Positions 48,501 through 61,990 of a DNA stretch of 64,000 bases are shown here, in pieces; the first letter of the stretch is position 1, and each line of letters begins with the position of its first letter. Made by a program: the position numbers and the translations under genes. The notes beneath the pieces were generated by a model that was not told where the DNA came from, did not search any database, and worked only from the letters and a program-made list of their open reading frames with translations. The stretch comes from Podarcis melisellensis (taxonomy: Eukaryota): NCBI GenBank assembly GCA_964234715.1, contig OZ174284.1. One strand, 5' to 3'.

Positions 48501-51500
48501 AGACTTAGAATAGCTCTTTGGTTTACATAGTAAGTATCCAACACAGATTGGAAATAGTAGTTTCAGAATCCTATTTTACCAGTAGATGGCACATACTCCC
48601 TGGAACACAACAATATCAGCCTATTTTCTGTTCCATAAGTCTACAAATTTATAAAATCGTACATTAACCCACTCTTCTTTAAAATTCACTTTAATTTTTC
48701 TTTTCAGTGAAGCTTTCTTTCTCATACATGCTAGATTGTTTTCTCTGGAGAAAGTTGGCAACAGATTCTATAAATTAGTAACATATTGCAAAAATAAAAT
48801 AAAATCCAAATGGTTGTTGTTGGTGGGCTGTTTTTTTTAATGGAATTGTAAAACTTTCTGTATTCTCAATATACTGAAATAAATTGAGTGAAGGACTGAG
48901 TTAATAAATCATTTGCTGGGTTGTTGTTTTTTAATCCCCCCCAACTGTCTGAATGAACATTTTCCATGTCTGTTTATGGGGGCAACCATTGTTCAGTATT
49001 TCAGCAAAGAACCAAAACAGTGCTTGCAAAGCTGCAAATACAAAGAACTTGGTTAAGAACCTAGACCGCATCTCATGTATGCGACAACGGCCGCGAGAGT
49101 TTTAATAGCACAAGGATGGAAGACTGAAGAAACCCAACTAAAAAATCATGGCAAGAAAAATTGATGGACTATGCAGAACTGGCAAAACTGACATACAAGC
49201 TATGGGACAAGGATAACTGCGACTTTAAAGATGAATGGGAACTCTTTACAAAGTATTTGAAGACGCAACAAACCTACTGGACTCCTTGGCTGGTTTTGAG
49301 TAAACATTCACAAACCTTTTATTGATAATTATTACCTAAATAGTTTGAGGATCTATACAACCGTGTAACATGCAGAAAACAGCATTTTTAGAGAAATCAA
49401 AGACTGGAAATGAGGGAAGAAGTCGGGGGGTGGGGGTGGGTGGGTTCTGTGGGGGGAGGGAGGGGAGGGAGGGGAAAAGGGGTAAAATAAGGATGCTATG
49501 TTTCTGGATAATATGTTTTGTTTTAATTTTGAATAAAAAAGTATTTTTTTAAAAAAAGAACCTAGACCGCCTCTCCCCATATGAACCAACCCTGACCCTG
49601 TAATCATCATCTGAGGTCCTTCTTCGTGTGCTTCCTCCATAAGAGGGCCTGAAGATGGCACCACAAAAACAGATCTTTTCTGTGGTGGCTCGACATTAGT
49701 GGAATGCTCTGCCCAGTGAAGCTTGCCTGGCCCCTTTATTACATAACTTCAGGTGTTGGGAGAAAACATTTCTCTGTTACCAGGCCTTTGGCTGATCAAC
49801 ATTACATCGCCCTTCAAATGTGTTTGTGGGAGGCTGCTTATTGGTTTGTTTGTTTTTGTTTTGTTATGTATTCTGTGTTCTAATATTATATTTTTATGTT
49901 GTGAACTGCCATGTGGTCTTTGGATGAATTGCTAAAAAATATTTTAGGGATCTGCGTAAGTTCTGTGTGCATGCTGAGTAAGGTGAATTGGGGTTGTTCC
50001 AGTCATGATTCCATGTTCCTGACCAGATCACATTATTAACGTGGAAGATCAGGGACCTACTAAGCTTCCAAGTTTTTCCTGAGGTCTATTTCTTTCAAGA
50101 AGTTAAACACATAAACTTTCCTCCTCTCCTCTCCTTTCTAAGAATCAAAACTAAGCTGACAGAGCTTGAGAGGTGAGGAGGGGCTGTCTGTGTGTTTGTG
50201 AATCTCATGTTTTGACTGATAGAAAATAATTCACTGTGATTAAAAATCAAACCTAAGGTCACTCAAGTTGCAGTGATTAGGGAAGGGATGTTGAGATAAA
50301 AGAGAGAACACACACACCATGCAACAGAAGCTACAATTCCACATTGCAAGTACCCAATAGCATCCACATAAAATGGTACACCTTCAAGGAACCTTGAATT
50401 AACAAACAAGATGAATTAACAAACAAGATGAATTTTAACAGGGAGAAATGTAAAGTATTGCACTTGGGCAAAAAAAAAATGAGAGGCACAAATACAAGAT
50501 GGGTGACACCTGGCTTGAGAGCAGTACATGTGAAAAGGATCTAGGAGTCTTGGTTGACCACAAACTTGACATGATTCAACAGTGTGACGCGGCAGCTAAA
50601 AAAGCCAATGCAATTCTGGGCTGCATCAATAGGAGTATAGCATCTAAATCAAGGGAAGTAACAGTGCCACTGTATTCTGCTCTGGTCAGACCTCACCTGG
50701 AGTACTGTGTCCAGTTCTGGGCACCACAGTTCAAGAAGGACACTGACAAACTGGAACATGTCCAGAGGAGGGCAACCAAAATGGTCAAAGGCCTGGAAAA
50801 CGATGCCTTATGAGGAACGCCTAAGGGAGCTGGGCATGTTTAGCCTGGAGAAGAGGAGGTTAAGGGGTGATATGATAGCCATGTTCAAATATATAAAAGG
50901 ATGTCACATAGAGGAGGGAGAAAGGTTGTTTTCTGCTGCTCCAGAGAAGCGGACACGGAGCAATGGATCCAAACTACAAGAAAGAATATTCCACCTAAAC
51001 ATTAGGAAGAACTTCCTGACAGTAAGAGCTGTTTGACAGTGGAATTTGCTGCCAAGGAGTGTGGTGGAGTCTCCTTCTTTGGAGGTCTTTAAGCAGAGGC
51101 TTGACAACCATATGTCAGGAGTGCTCTGATGGTGTTTCCTGCTTGGCAGGGGGTTGGACTCGATGGCCCTTGTGGTCTCTTCCAACTCTATGATTCTATG
51201 ATTCTATGAATGTTCTAGGCACCAGTGAAGCATTCCACCTTACTTCACTTTACTCCTCACATGCACCTCCCTCACAGGGTTTTGATTAGTTTTGCAATCC
51301 TGAAACAGGGAGCAAAGAGGCCAAAGTCACCCCACCTCCCCCTTCAATAGATAACCTGGAATTCCTCTTTTTTGCAGAGAACAGGAACCGCCACCATCAA
51401 TGCCTTCTTTTGTGACTATGAAGCTAAGAAAGTGTTTTTGGGATATCAGTATCTTGATGAGATGAGATATGTTCTTGTCCCTCTAGGCAGGGTGACAAGG

Positions 51501-54500
51501 ATAAAGACTGTTATCATATGCGTGTCTCTAAAACACATTGTTCCCATCTGTCATTTTGAAAAGGAGACAGCTTAGACAAGAATGGACTTTGGGACAAATC
51601 AAAAGAAGACTAAAAGAACACAGGAAATCAAGGCAGATGTTTTCTTCATGGAGGAAGTCTAGAGGGAGGAACACATTCCAGACGTCTTGACCCAGCAGGA
51701 GCATTATGCAAAAGTGCTAACATATGCCATGTAAAAATATGGCAGCTTATCCACTTGAAGCAGCAGACATGATGAGCAATTTACTTTTGATCAAGGCCAT
51801 ATCAGAGAATATCATCTTTTCTAAAATGATTCTTTAATAGTAATTGCAGCATGTTTAGAAAATACAATAGAGACTGACGAGCTTAAGGAAGTGTTTTTAC
51901 ATTTAGGAAGCTATATCTCTTACAGTGTAACAGTATGCATGTTAATGCTGTGCTTTTATTATGTTGGAAGCTGCCCATGGTGACTGGGGCAACCTGGTCA
52001 TTCATTCATTCATTCATTCATTCATTCATTTATTATGATAAATCTCACTGTTTTCAGCTTCCCAGGTAGGTACACACAGAACTGAAGCTTCAATTTGTGG
52101 TTACTAATTTTATCACTATGGCTATTTAAAGATCTACATTTAGATAAAAGCTTTTGTAGCTCTTATGATCTTTTCTCTTTATGAAATATCACTTTATGGC
52201 AGCAACAACTCGGGGGACTTGGCTTGGTCTGGAAGAGAGATGAATGACAAGGATTCCACTAGTATTCTGAAAAAATGTTAACATTAGAAAGTAATGCTGG
52301 TATAAGGGATGCCAACTTAAATGTGTGCACGCGCACCAACACACTTTCATTTCTCACCTTATTCTGCTTTCTTTCTGCCTGTTCCTCTCACTTTCCACAA
52401 TGGCTCTTTGTTCCACATGCTTTCCCTCTCACAATACCACATGCATATACAGTAGTACCTCGGGTTACATACGCTTCAGGTTACATACTCCACTAGCCCA
52501 GAAATAGTGCTTCAGGTTAAGAACTTTGCTTCAGGATGAGAGCAGAAATCGTGCTCCGGTGGCACGGCAGCAGCAGGAGGACCCATTAGCTAAAGTGGTG
52601 CTTCAGGTTAAGAACAGTTTCAGGTTAAGTACGGACCTACGGAACGAATTAAGTACTTAATCCGAGGTACCACTGTATTTCTTTTCATAACTAAAGAAAT
52701 CAAAATTTGCTAGGTGTACAGCCATGTGCATTGGTGTAATGGTGCAAATTCACACCAAAATCTGAAAGCAAAGAAGTAAAGTCCTGATCTGAAAGGCAGG
52801 AGGCAATACAATCTCTCAACAGACAGATTCAGCTGAAGAAACCAGAAAATGGAACATAAGGGATAATGACTCATGGATGTAGTTTCATGAATCCTTCATA
52901 TATTCACCCTCTGTGTGGCTGTGCCTTGGGCAAGAACTTGCATTTACTCCATCTAGAATGAACTGGGATGCTCACATTTCTGACATGACTCTTCCAAAGT
53001 TAAACTCTGCAGAAGGCATTCCAAAAAACGAGAATCAAAGATGTGTTTCCTGACTGCTAAATCTTAAGCTTCACAAGACTGTCAATAAAGTGATAGTTCT
53101 GGCTTTGTCTTTTGGGCATAAATCCAATGACAGGTGATTTAAAGCACTGATCAATATGCTACTATGCCATTTCACACAATGAGAACATGTGACCTGGAGG
53201 TTACAAGGGAAATCTGCTTCTCGTTAGTTTTATCCTAAGCCATGCACCATTCTGTCTTTTACATATTTGACAGCTCAAACAAGAGCTTAACAAGACAAAG
53301 ATGTTCCTAGGTTCAATAATGCAGAAAATAGTTTTTTATCTTCCAAATGTTTGTTTTTGGCAACACTTGAAAAATCAGAAATGTGAGATTGTGATGGGGC
53401 AGAGGAATAGTCGGTGTGATGTATTACTTTCCCCCTCTTTGTTTATTTCCTCTGCTGTTCTAAGAAAGCATTTTCTCCCTCCAAATAAATATACAGTGGA
53501 AATTATATGTCATATATGAAGGGAGTAAAAAGTAAAAAGAGGTTTGCTTCACAGAAGCAATTTTCATATATCAGTAGTATATAATTTAATAAAATTAATA
53601 ATACAGTCTCCCATTAAAAGGTCTCATGAACAGCATGACATCAAGACACTTAGTTCATGTGCACATGAACAGAAACAGTAGGAACAAGCAATGTATCTGA
53701 ACTGTATCTTTGAAGAAATAAGATATCCCCATAAAGACTTTTCTACTGAAATCAATGGGACTTAAACGCTTCCTTGTAAGTTTGACCTCGTTATGATCTT
53801 ACAGATTCTCAATTAAAACGGAAGTAACTGAAATGCCTTTAGGGATCTTTTAAAACTTTTGATTGGGTGCCGTTTATGCTTGTCAAGAAGGCAACATTGC
53901 TACTCTTACCTAGAATGTCTAAGTGGCACCCTGCCTCTTATTTCCCCATTCATGTATATGGCCGTGTCTCTCTTCCGTCTCTGTTGGTATTTAAATATAG
54001 CTTCTCAGCCTAACCTAGGAAGTGACCTACGTATCTGTACAAGGAGCTGGCTCCTCCTACCACAATCATGTTTATTTGTCCTCCTTTCTCAGTCACTCCA
54101 TTCTAGTCCTTCTTTCCATCCAGTTGTCATGTTTTTCTCTCACTGAACCCAATTCAATGTAATTGGGCTATTATGGAACTCTTTGGGGAGTCTCTGCCCC
54201 TTTAGGATATTTTCCTCTAAAAATTTCTCATACCTTCAGTTTACCCTGAGTCTAGCAATACCTCTCTTTTGTCCACAAGTAGTGTGGTTTTGGCTACATA
54301 AGCATGAGTATGGGGATTCTCAGATATGCATTAGTACATGTTTCTTCAAAGTCAAATTGCATACTGTGAACGGTATAACAGGGGGAAATAAAGTATTAAA
54401 TACATTCTAAAAACCTTTTAATGTCCATCTTATGCACTTTCCATTCAGTTTTCCTAAGCTAAGCATATATTCTACACTTTCTTCCAAAGCAGTCTGCTAC

Positions 54501-57500
54501 TGTGTTTTCTGTGGTAAACAGGAATGAAATTTTAAAATGGTTTCCTGAGTGGTTTCTATTAAGTGCCCATTGGCTTACCCTGGCAAAATCCCCAAGCCAC
54601 CTAAAGTCCTGAAACCCTCAGAAAATTCTGTGTTAATGTAATACCTGTGGAAAATGAAAATTATTCAGGGAAAACACACACCCTTGTTTACATGACCTAC
54701 ACTATACAGTATATGTGAACTTAACTGCATATTGGCCTCCATAGCTGATGGATATGAATGCTAATTTTTCTCCCTTCGGCAATCATTATTTAACCATTAC
54801 CTTTAGCAACAGAAGCCCAAGTAATTATTTGGATCTGCAAAGTAAACTAGTTCCCAATGATTTTGTATCAAAACCAGCTGATCAAAAGATCTTCACTTAG
54901 TCCCAACCCAAGTGGCTCACGATGACATTATTTTCTCTTTCAACTCAAACTCTGTTTGTAAAACAGGTGAGGCAATCACCTATAATCTTCGAGCTCAGAA
55001 AACTGCTGCTAGAAGTACTGTAAACAAAGCTCCTTTGCTACATCTGAGTAAGACCTGACCTAACCCCCCCCCCAAAGAATTTAAGGTCTTTGATCCTTCT
55101 CCTCTTACCCTGCTCTTATCTCCTCTCAACCCCAACAGAGGGAGAAGGTGTAAGAGCCTATTTTTGAACAAGACAGAAGTAGCAGCAGGAGGAGCATAAT
55201 CCTCCCATGAGGATCCACTGATTTCTGCACACCTATCTTCCTGAAAATGAGCTGCATCCTAATCTCCTTCCTCTGATAAAAACCTTCAGCAATCGTTCAA
55301 CCATGGAAAGTAAATGAACTTTTGCACTGTTGACAGATGTGTACAAATACATGATATTACCAATTTGGCATTTTCTAATGCATTATTTAAAAACCAACCC
55401 ACAATTCTAAGCATCCTTTTTGACGTGATTGTCCACATAGTGTAACATGACGTGGGAAGCTATAGTCAATTGCTTCCCAGCCTGTATACATGCATGTAGG
55501 ATCACCATGTAGTATTTTTGTCAAGGCTGATAGGAGTTGTGCATGCTGATTCTCTTTCATTTCCCCCCTGCTACAATCAATCTCTTATACCATCACAGCT
55601 GAAAACATTTTTCTCTCATTATGTCAGCTTTTTAGCTTTACCCCCTTCTGCTATTATTTAGTCTTGAAATTTTTCAAGGAAGAGAAAATCATCATGTTTA
55701 AGTATGCCTTTTAATCAGAATGATTACACAGGAATTTTCATTCTTTTTAAATAATTTAAACATGTACCATCTAAGAGACTTTGACATCCCCCCTCCCCCG
55801 CGCTGGTCCATTGCCCTAGTTCAAATTTAATTTCAAGGATTCTAAAGGAGGGGTAGTCATTCCCTTACTTTGCTGCTTAGCAATTTTCTCTTGGATGCTT
55901 CTCTTGATATCCTTGCTTTTTAATTTTATCACATTATGCTAAGGATTACTTCTATGAAAGTAATGGAAAATGCTACCTGAGCCTATGTTAAATGTCCTAT
56001 TTTACTGGCACTTAAACTTTAGTAGGGAAGACTGACTTCATCCAATCACATGTGCTGGACCCTTGCATATCTTGCCATATTATATCAAATGTCTACCTGG
56101 ATCTAGTAGGCTATGAATTCCTCATTGCAAGAAGAAACAGTTCCAGCCACTTTAAAAGAGGTGATAATTAGATTGTCTTGAAAAACAAACTAGCCTAGAC
56201 CTATTAACAAGTCCAAGATGGTCACAAATATCCCCTTCCTAAGTAAGGTATTTGACTGGGTGATCTAGTTTTAGATTCTCATGGATAACACTGATTTTCT
56301 ATTTTAGTTGGGTTTTCTCTAATTGAGTTGGGTTTCAGGCCTAGTTTTGGAATGGAAAATGTCTTTGTTGCCCTGTGGGATGACTTTTGCCAAGAAGGGC
56401 GCAAGGAATAGTAAAAAGGAAAAGGTGAAGCCTTTTAAATTTTATTTTATCACACCTTTATAATAGGCATATTTGTTTGGCACTTTTAAATAACTGCACC
56501 AAGTTCTTCGCCCTGGCTGGTTTTATGGTGGTTTGCATTTATGCTGCTCTGTTTATGCTGGCTTTTAGATAGTTTCTCTACTGCTGGTTTTATTGTTTTA
56601 AACTTTGGATTGTATAAAAAAAATGCATTATACATCTTATACATAAGATGCTGCAAACAACTTAGTTATATGGGCAGTATAGAAATGTGATAAATAAATA
56701 CTATCATAAGAGTTCAGGTACATGAGTTGAGTAGAGTACATGTGTCACAATAATACATGTGTCAGTAAGTGCAATTTGCATCTTATTAAATGTGGACTGC
56801 AAATAGAAACACCCCTTTCCCCACCTGTGTGAAGGAGGATGTCTTACACTGCTCTGTTATGTCTTATATGACTTGTCTTGTTTTCAGACTTACACTCCTG
56901 CCTAGAACTACAATTCCCTCTTCTGCTATTCTAGGGTTGGTTCAAGCATTTGAAAGGGAATTCCTATACATCTCCATTTTCAGTCAGGTAGCTCAGCTTA
57001 CTTATTCAGCTCTGGAGTGCAATTATGGTAGTCCTCATGATTCAAGGTTTGAATCAGAGCTAATAAAAATGTTTCCACTTTAAGATTTTTATAGACATGG
57101 GAATCTTTCAACAGCCACAGGCAAACATGGACACGTTTCTCAAAAGAGACTGATACGCTAACCCCAAAGAAAAATATAAATACTATATTTCAGAAGCTTG
57201 AGGAACATTTTGAGGCTCAGCTCAAAAATGAAAATAAGTACAGATTACTCCTCAAATTGCACTCCCTTTCTAGTCTCTTTCTCCTGCTGGACCTAACCAT
57301 CCCTTCCTTGTTCTTATGTTTATTTTCTTTTAACATTTCCTTTTTCCTGTTGTCTCTGTTTGGCAGCAGACACATAAATTATCTACTTGAATGGCATCTT
57401 TCTTTTCCTCAGTTCTCTCCTGAACAATAAGCCCCCTTAGGATGAAATATTTTAAAAGGAGCCAAGTTCCTAGAACTTGGAAGCTAAAGAAGAAACGAAA

Positions 57501-59237
57501 GCCAATATACCACCTCATCTGCAGATTGGTAAACTTCCAGAACTTTCCACTCTAGTATTCTTCTTAACTATGGCAATAGGACAATTAAAGTGAACCCAGA
57601 CTTCTGTTTAGATCTTCCACCTTCCTACCTGGAAGGATCACAGTGATACAAGAGATAGCAATGTACAAAGGGAGATGTCAGGAGCCAAATTCATCATCCT
57701 ACAGTTCAAAATCTGCACAACTTCCACTTTCCTTAGCACCTGGAGGATGGCAACAACATATCCTATCTAAGAAGATACATAACTCAGAGCATTTACATAA
57801 AATTCCAGACATGCATTCTTAAAAGTTTTATACCATTTGTATGAATTTGTAAAAAGAATTCCAGTGTGGGAAGAAGACCTCCCACTGACACCATGGCAAA
57901 AATCCTAGACTTCTATCTTGGCTATAAATCACAAAAAGAAATACACTTTCCTCACAATCTGAAGAAAACACTGGTTTTACTTTCCTATATTTCCTTGTGT
58001 AATATAGCCAGACTTTCGTTCCCTAAGATGCCCAACATAATATAATGTTTATTGTCCTAAACTGTCAGAAATTGTTTCTCTTTAGCATTCTTCTATCAGT
58101 CAGATTCCAGTTGCTTAACTTCACACACAGAGACTATTCTGAAAGCAAATGTAAAACAAAATTCTCACATGAATATCAAAACTTTTTCAACTACCTCTAA
58201 AAATTTGTCTATTTTTTCCTCCCAGACCTGGTCACTATTGACATTTCAGACAGAATCATAAGCCAATAGGAACAAGGTCAACCAAGCCAGTTGCTATGGC
58301 AATGGCCCAGTGCTGTCTATATAAGTGATTAAGGCATCTCAGTTCAGCGTTGCCGGGATCTTGGGCCTATGTGTCAGAGTCAGTCTTTGAGTCTGTCTGT
58401 GAGTTGGAGTCTGTGTTATGCCTTGAAACTGGAGCAACAGAAATACTTTGAACTTGTATATACCTATCTGTAGCTGCAAAGCCTACAAGCTGTATGTATA
58501 TATGAACATCTGGAACTGTATTACTGAAGCTTTATCTTCTGCAGCAGTAAACTGTTTTGGACCTTAAGGCACCTCTGCATGGGGACTAAAACTGGGGAAA
58601 ACTTCCACTACATGGGTATCTCACCTCAGATTCCCAATATTAATGTAATATCAGCTCCTGGCTATACCCCAAGTGATCCACAAGAACATGAGATGGGCTC
58701 AAGCACCAGCTGTTCTAGTGTGTTATCAAAAGACATGATGGTATATCAACAGATTAGGTGATGTCAGGAGACCATGGTACAAACAGGTGAGATAATGGAT
58801 GTTTGCTTTATTCTATTTTAGCATGCCATCACTCAGTGATTCCCTAATGAGATCCACCAATATGTACCTATTTCCTGCAGAAACACACAAATTGCTGACT
58901 GTGATCTGAATTGTAAACTGAGTCCATTAAACAGAAAATACAAGTACCTGTCAATGTAACTCATTTCTTCTCCCCAACCCACCTAATATAAAAATGTGTT
59001 TGTTATCACTATTAACAATTGTACAATATAATACATAAGAGCAAAATAAACCCCACAATTTAGAATTACCTGTGCCTGATCAACAGACAGATTTTCATCA
59101 TAGTCATATAGGCTATCCAGATCTTCCAAACCAACATCATATGTTTCAGAGTCGTAAGTTACAGGACTCCTTGTAGGACCAGCCAAAACAGCATCAAAGA
59201 GAAAAAAATGCATGAAAATATTTGCAATGGCCTTCAT
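42416..59237 (-). CDS. EPYC: Epiphycan (PG-Lb/DSPG3), spliced CDS join(59237-59070,47751-47598,45267-45109,44852-44650,44151-44056,42586-42416), 316 aa
   Basis: Six exons of 168+154+159+203+96+171=951 nt splice in frame with GT-AG ends. Signal peptide, acidic Tyr-rich N-terminus, class III SLRP cluster [13 protein letters not shown] (CX2CXCX6C), LRRs, C-terminal [31 protein letters not shown]. Confidence 0.98.
42929..43654. mobile_element. Solo LTR in the last EPYC intron
   Basis: TGTGAC...ATGACA termini; 5-bp TSD TATTT (42924-42928, 43655-43659); GC-richer than flanks. Confidence 0.7.
44056..44151 (-). CDS. EPYC: EPYC exon 6 (LRR)
   Basis: TTCTTCAG|[32 protein letters not shown]|GTGGGC; 96 nt. 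Confidence 0.97.
44650..44852 (-). CDS. EPYC: EPYC exon 5 (LRRs)
   Basis: ACTAG|(S)[67 protein letters not shown]|GTGAGT; 203 nt. Confidence 0.97.
45109..45267 (-). CDS. EPYC: EPYC exon 4 (N-terminal Cys cluster, first LRR)
   Basis: TTTTAG|(G)[52 protein letters not shown]|GTATGG; 159 nt. Confidence 0.97.
46805..47080 (-). mobile_element. Sauria SINE (tRNA head lost) in EPYC intron 3
   Basis: AAAAGGTAAAGGGACCCC..GGAGCTCACCCCGTC body. Confidence 0.92.
47598..47751 (-). CDS. EPYC: EPYC exon 3 (Pro/Glu-rich linker)
   Basis: CCTAG|[52 protein letters not shown]|GTTTGT; 154 nt, phase 0/1. Not in the ORF track, read manually. Confidence 0.95.
47985..48258 (+). mobile_element. 274-bp solo LTR, antisense to EPYC
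   Basis: TG..CA termini; perfect 5-bp TSD CATAT (47980-47984, 48259-48263); TATAAAA 48141-48147; AATAAA 48197-48202; 23-bp tandem duplication 48025-48070. Confidence 0.9.
49070..49555 (+). mobile_element. 5'-truncated L1-clade LINE
   Basis: 15-bp TSD AAGAACCTAGACCGC (49055-49069, 49556-49570); [31 protein letters not shown]; G-rich 3' UTR, AATAAA and A tail. Confidence 0.92.
49571..49930 (+). mobile_element. L2-like LINE 3' end
   Basis: TTTTCTGTGGTGGCTC..GTGGAATGCTCTGCCC (FSVVA..WNALP) followed by a T-rich tail. Confidence 0.7.
50412..51209 (+). mobile_element. Relatively young 5'-truncated CR1 LINE, antisense in EPYC intron 2
   Basis: [51 protein letters not shown]; (ATTCTATG)n tail; few disablements. 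Confidence 0.97.
51998..52030. repeat. (TTCA)n microsatellite
   Basis: Direct read, about 8 units. Confidence 0.95.
52450..52675. mobile_element. Tc1/mariner MITE, same family as 12434-12675, opposite orientation
   Basis: TA-CAGTAGTACCTCGG ... CCGAGGTACCACTG-TA; CTTCAGGTTA repeats. Confidence 0.92.
59070..59237 (-). CDS. EPYC: EPYC first coding exon (exon 2; the exon itself starts at 59248)
   Basis: Acceptor CCTTTAG|GAGACTGAAGA-ATG; [56 protein letters not shown]; donor CAG|GTAATT, phase 0. Confidence 0.96.
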
Positions 59238-59968
59238 TCTTCAGTCTCCTAAAGGAAGAGAGCATATACGCGATTATTAAAAATATAAATGCAAATATCA
59301 TATGAAATATAATACATAGGTTATTGAATACTATTAACTAGAAATGTGATGAGCTAAGGGGTTTTACAAATATTTTGATGTATGTATACACAGTAATCGG
59401 TCACTGGAGCCATGATGGTAATCAGGAGAGTGTAACACTTCAGAGAGAAACATTTTCAAATGATACTTATTCTATTTAGACATTCTACTTCAGCATATAT
59501 ATAATTGGAATTGTTTGTCAAGTAAACAATATACATACTTGTACAACTGGATGTATAAGGGCAACATTCCCAATTATACACTACTCTAAAAGTGATAAAC
59601 TTTGGCTCCATGGTTAAGAAGTCCTGATGGGATTCATATTGCCTCCTTTGCGATCAGTGGACATCACAGGTGCATAGCTGTGCTCCATCGCTATGTTGGT
59701 TGAGACTCTTAATGGGGTGATTGTACAGAGCAGGTTGAATACATTAGGAAGAGTGATCACCTGGATCCAGAAATCAGAGGATACTCTAGGCCTGCTCTCC
59801 CCACTTCCCACTCAGCTTCTTTCAATACTTTGGATTGTATTTTAGTGTTGTGATCTCCTGTAAGGGACTGCTACCCTATAGCATCAGGTACTCCCCTGAC
59901 AGCTAGGAGTCCAGCACATATACCTAAATAGATACAGTTTGGTGATGGGATAAAGCCAGACCCCCATA

Positions 59969-60055
59969 TGGCTCAAATGGGACTAATCTGTTCATAAGCA
60001 TGGGCTCAGGCCACTATTGGCTCAAATGGGACTAATCTGTTCATAAGCGTGGGCT
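59969..60055. repeat. Direct repeat, 38-bp core with 49-bp period, in EPYC intron 1
   Basis: TGGCTCAAATGGGACTAATCTGTTCATAAGC(A/G)TGGGCT at 59969 and 60018. Confidence 0.9.
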
Positions 60056-61940
60056 AGAAGTACGCTGCCTAAACTCTATGCTGCACAATAACTCATCTAG
60101 TATATCCTTCCTGGTTCTGCAATGAGTGACTCTAGGTTCATGCACATGTTGTTCCAATGGGCTGAACGCAGGTTCTGGTGGCAATGGGAATGCAGCCCAT
60201 GAAACTGGATTTTGAACTCACAGAGCCTCTGCACTCTTAGCATGCTAGATTGGGGTAGGTTATAACTATATTGTTTACAATTGTTTTATTGAAATCTAAA
60301 GTAGATCTGGAACATTGGTTTGAATTTTGTTTAAAATTCTGGCCACCGCCCACCTAGTTAGTCACCCTTAAGCCAAACTGGAATCAATGTGCTTTGTTAG
60401 TTGCAACTAACTTGTGCCAAGCACAAATAGCTTTAGTTGGATAGGAGCCATGTGGTCTGAACATTATCAGTCTTCTCTTATCATTTTAAAGCAATGCACA
60501 TCAAATTTTAAATAACCCCCCAATCCAATTTCCAATCTTCATTGTATCATTCACATACACTGAGGGATTTATATGGGAAAAGTGTGAATACACAGACACA
60601 TGCACACACTGTATTTAAACTGAGAAAGCGGCACATGACTTTTTACACATTTAGAAGCTGTGCTTAAGGCACACAGTGTATGATATTAGAAATTCATGAG
60701 ACAATTTGTCTTTTGAGGTTCCCTAGACTGAAACAAACTGATATTAAGCCTCTTGAAAGAAGGCCTTTGTGAAGCAGGTTTACACATGGAGGCATGAAAT
60801 TCCAATGGGAATGGTGAATAGCACAAGGCACTCATTTTTCTCTTATACACTTTCCAGTTTTTTTAGCTACCTAGAAGACATAACCTACAGCCGGCAGACT
60901 CTCTTTGCCTATAGCCAAGGGTTAACTGTATTGCACTTTTCAGAACTGATTTATTTACACTGTTACAGGTTTGTCTAAAGAGTTGCTTTACAGATATGCT
61001 ATTATGCTGATAACTTAGGAACCTCTAATACGTCAGTGAACTTATTTGCAATATACAAATAGTATAAGGACAGTCTAACTTGGTTATTTTTTCTGTTTAT
61101 TTATAATTCCAAACAGTGTGATGATTTGCTCATATTGTAACTTGTACTGTTTTTACTACTGCTCATATTGTCTAGAATGTCTAATTTGCAAAGTACCGGT
61201 AGTTGATATTTTGTTGTTGATATTCTCACAAGGAGCTCTGAAGTAAGTCCCTGATTATCTAAATGTGCAAATGTATTGCTGAAACTGAGAGACTGTGTCT
61301 TGAACACATGACTGGAGAGAGATCTGAACCCATGTCTTCCAGATCCAAAACCATCACACTACCCACTGAACATACTGTTTTGTTCTACTGGAAGAATAAG
61401 AGTTTGGACCTGGCAAAAGAGGATATTATATCATATTACTATTTTATTGTTTTATTATATAAATTAGATTACATTTACAAATAAAAAATTATAATCTAGT
61501 ATTTTGGAGCATATTTGGCTGTTGAAGACCACAGCTAAAGAAATAAAACCACACCAATCTTTCTCATATACTATATATATGTCTCTGTATATGTGTTGTA
61601 TATACACACATACACACCTGTAAATCTGCTTGGTCCACTAAAAACTGCTTGTGAAATCTGTGTGCTTCTGTACGCCTTTTAGAGTATAAGCAAAATATTG
61701 GAACATACTGTAATTACACTGGCATCTACAAGAGCTGTCAAATATTTTGATGCCAATAATGTATTACTCTCTCACAGGAAGGTACTAAGAAATAGCCATA
61801 TAAAAATAGCATAAGGTACATTTTTATAATTTGAATTATTCTCAAAATATTAAAATGCATTGCTTAAAAATAACTTCTGCTTTTTTATATATATAAAAAT
61901 CCAGTTTGCTAATCAATAAAGAAACAAACAGAAAACTTAC

Positions 61941-61990
61941 CTTTGCCTCTTGCTTTCTCAAATGGCACAGAATTACTCTGAATGCAGAGC
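61941..61990 (-). other. EPYC: Putative non-coding EPYC exon 1 (5' boundary uncertain)
   Basis: Consensus donor AAAG|GTAAGT at 61941/61940 just downstream of promoter-like motifs. Exon 2 begins with an acceptor, so an upstream exon is required. Confidence 0.6.

Noticed and set aside
50499-51036. RT-like ORFs as a host gene
   Set aside because: Frameshifted, 5'-truncated CR1 ORF2 with the CR1 tail.
55022-55040. Paired SOX9 site AACAAAG-CTC-CTTTGC in EPYC intron 2
   Set aside because: Imperfect second half-site and short spacer; expected by chance in an 11-kb AT-rich intron.
42416-59237. Alternative identity as opticin or osteoglycin
   Set aside because: YDSETYD N-terminus, LIDGSSP, C-terminal sequence and adjacency to CCER1 all fit EPYC.
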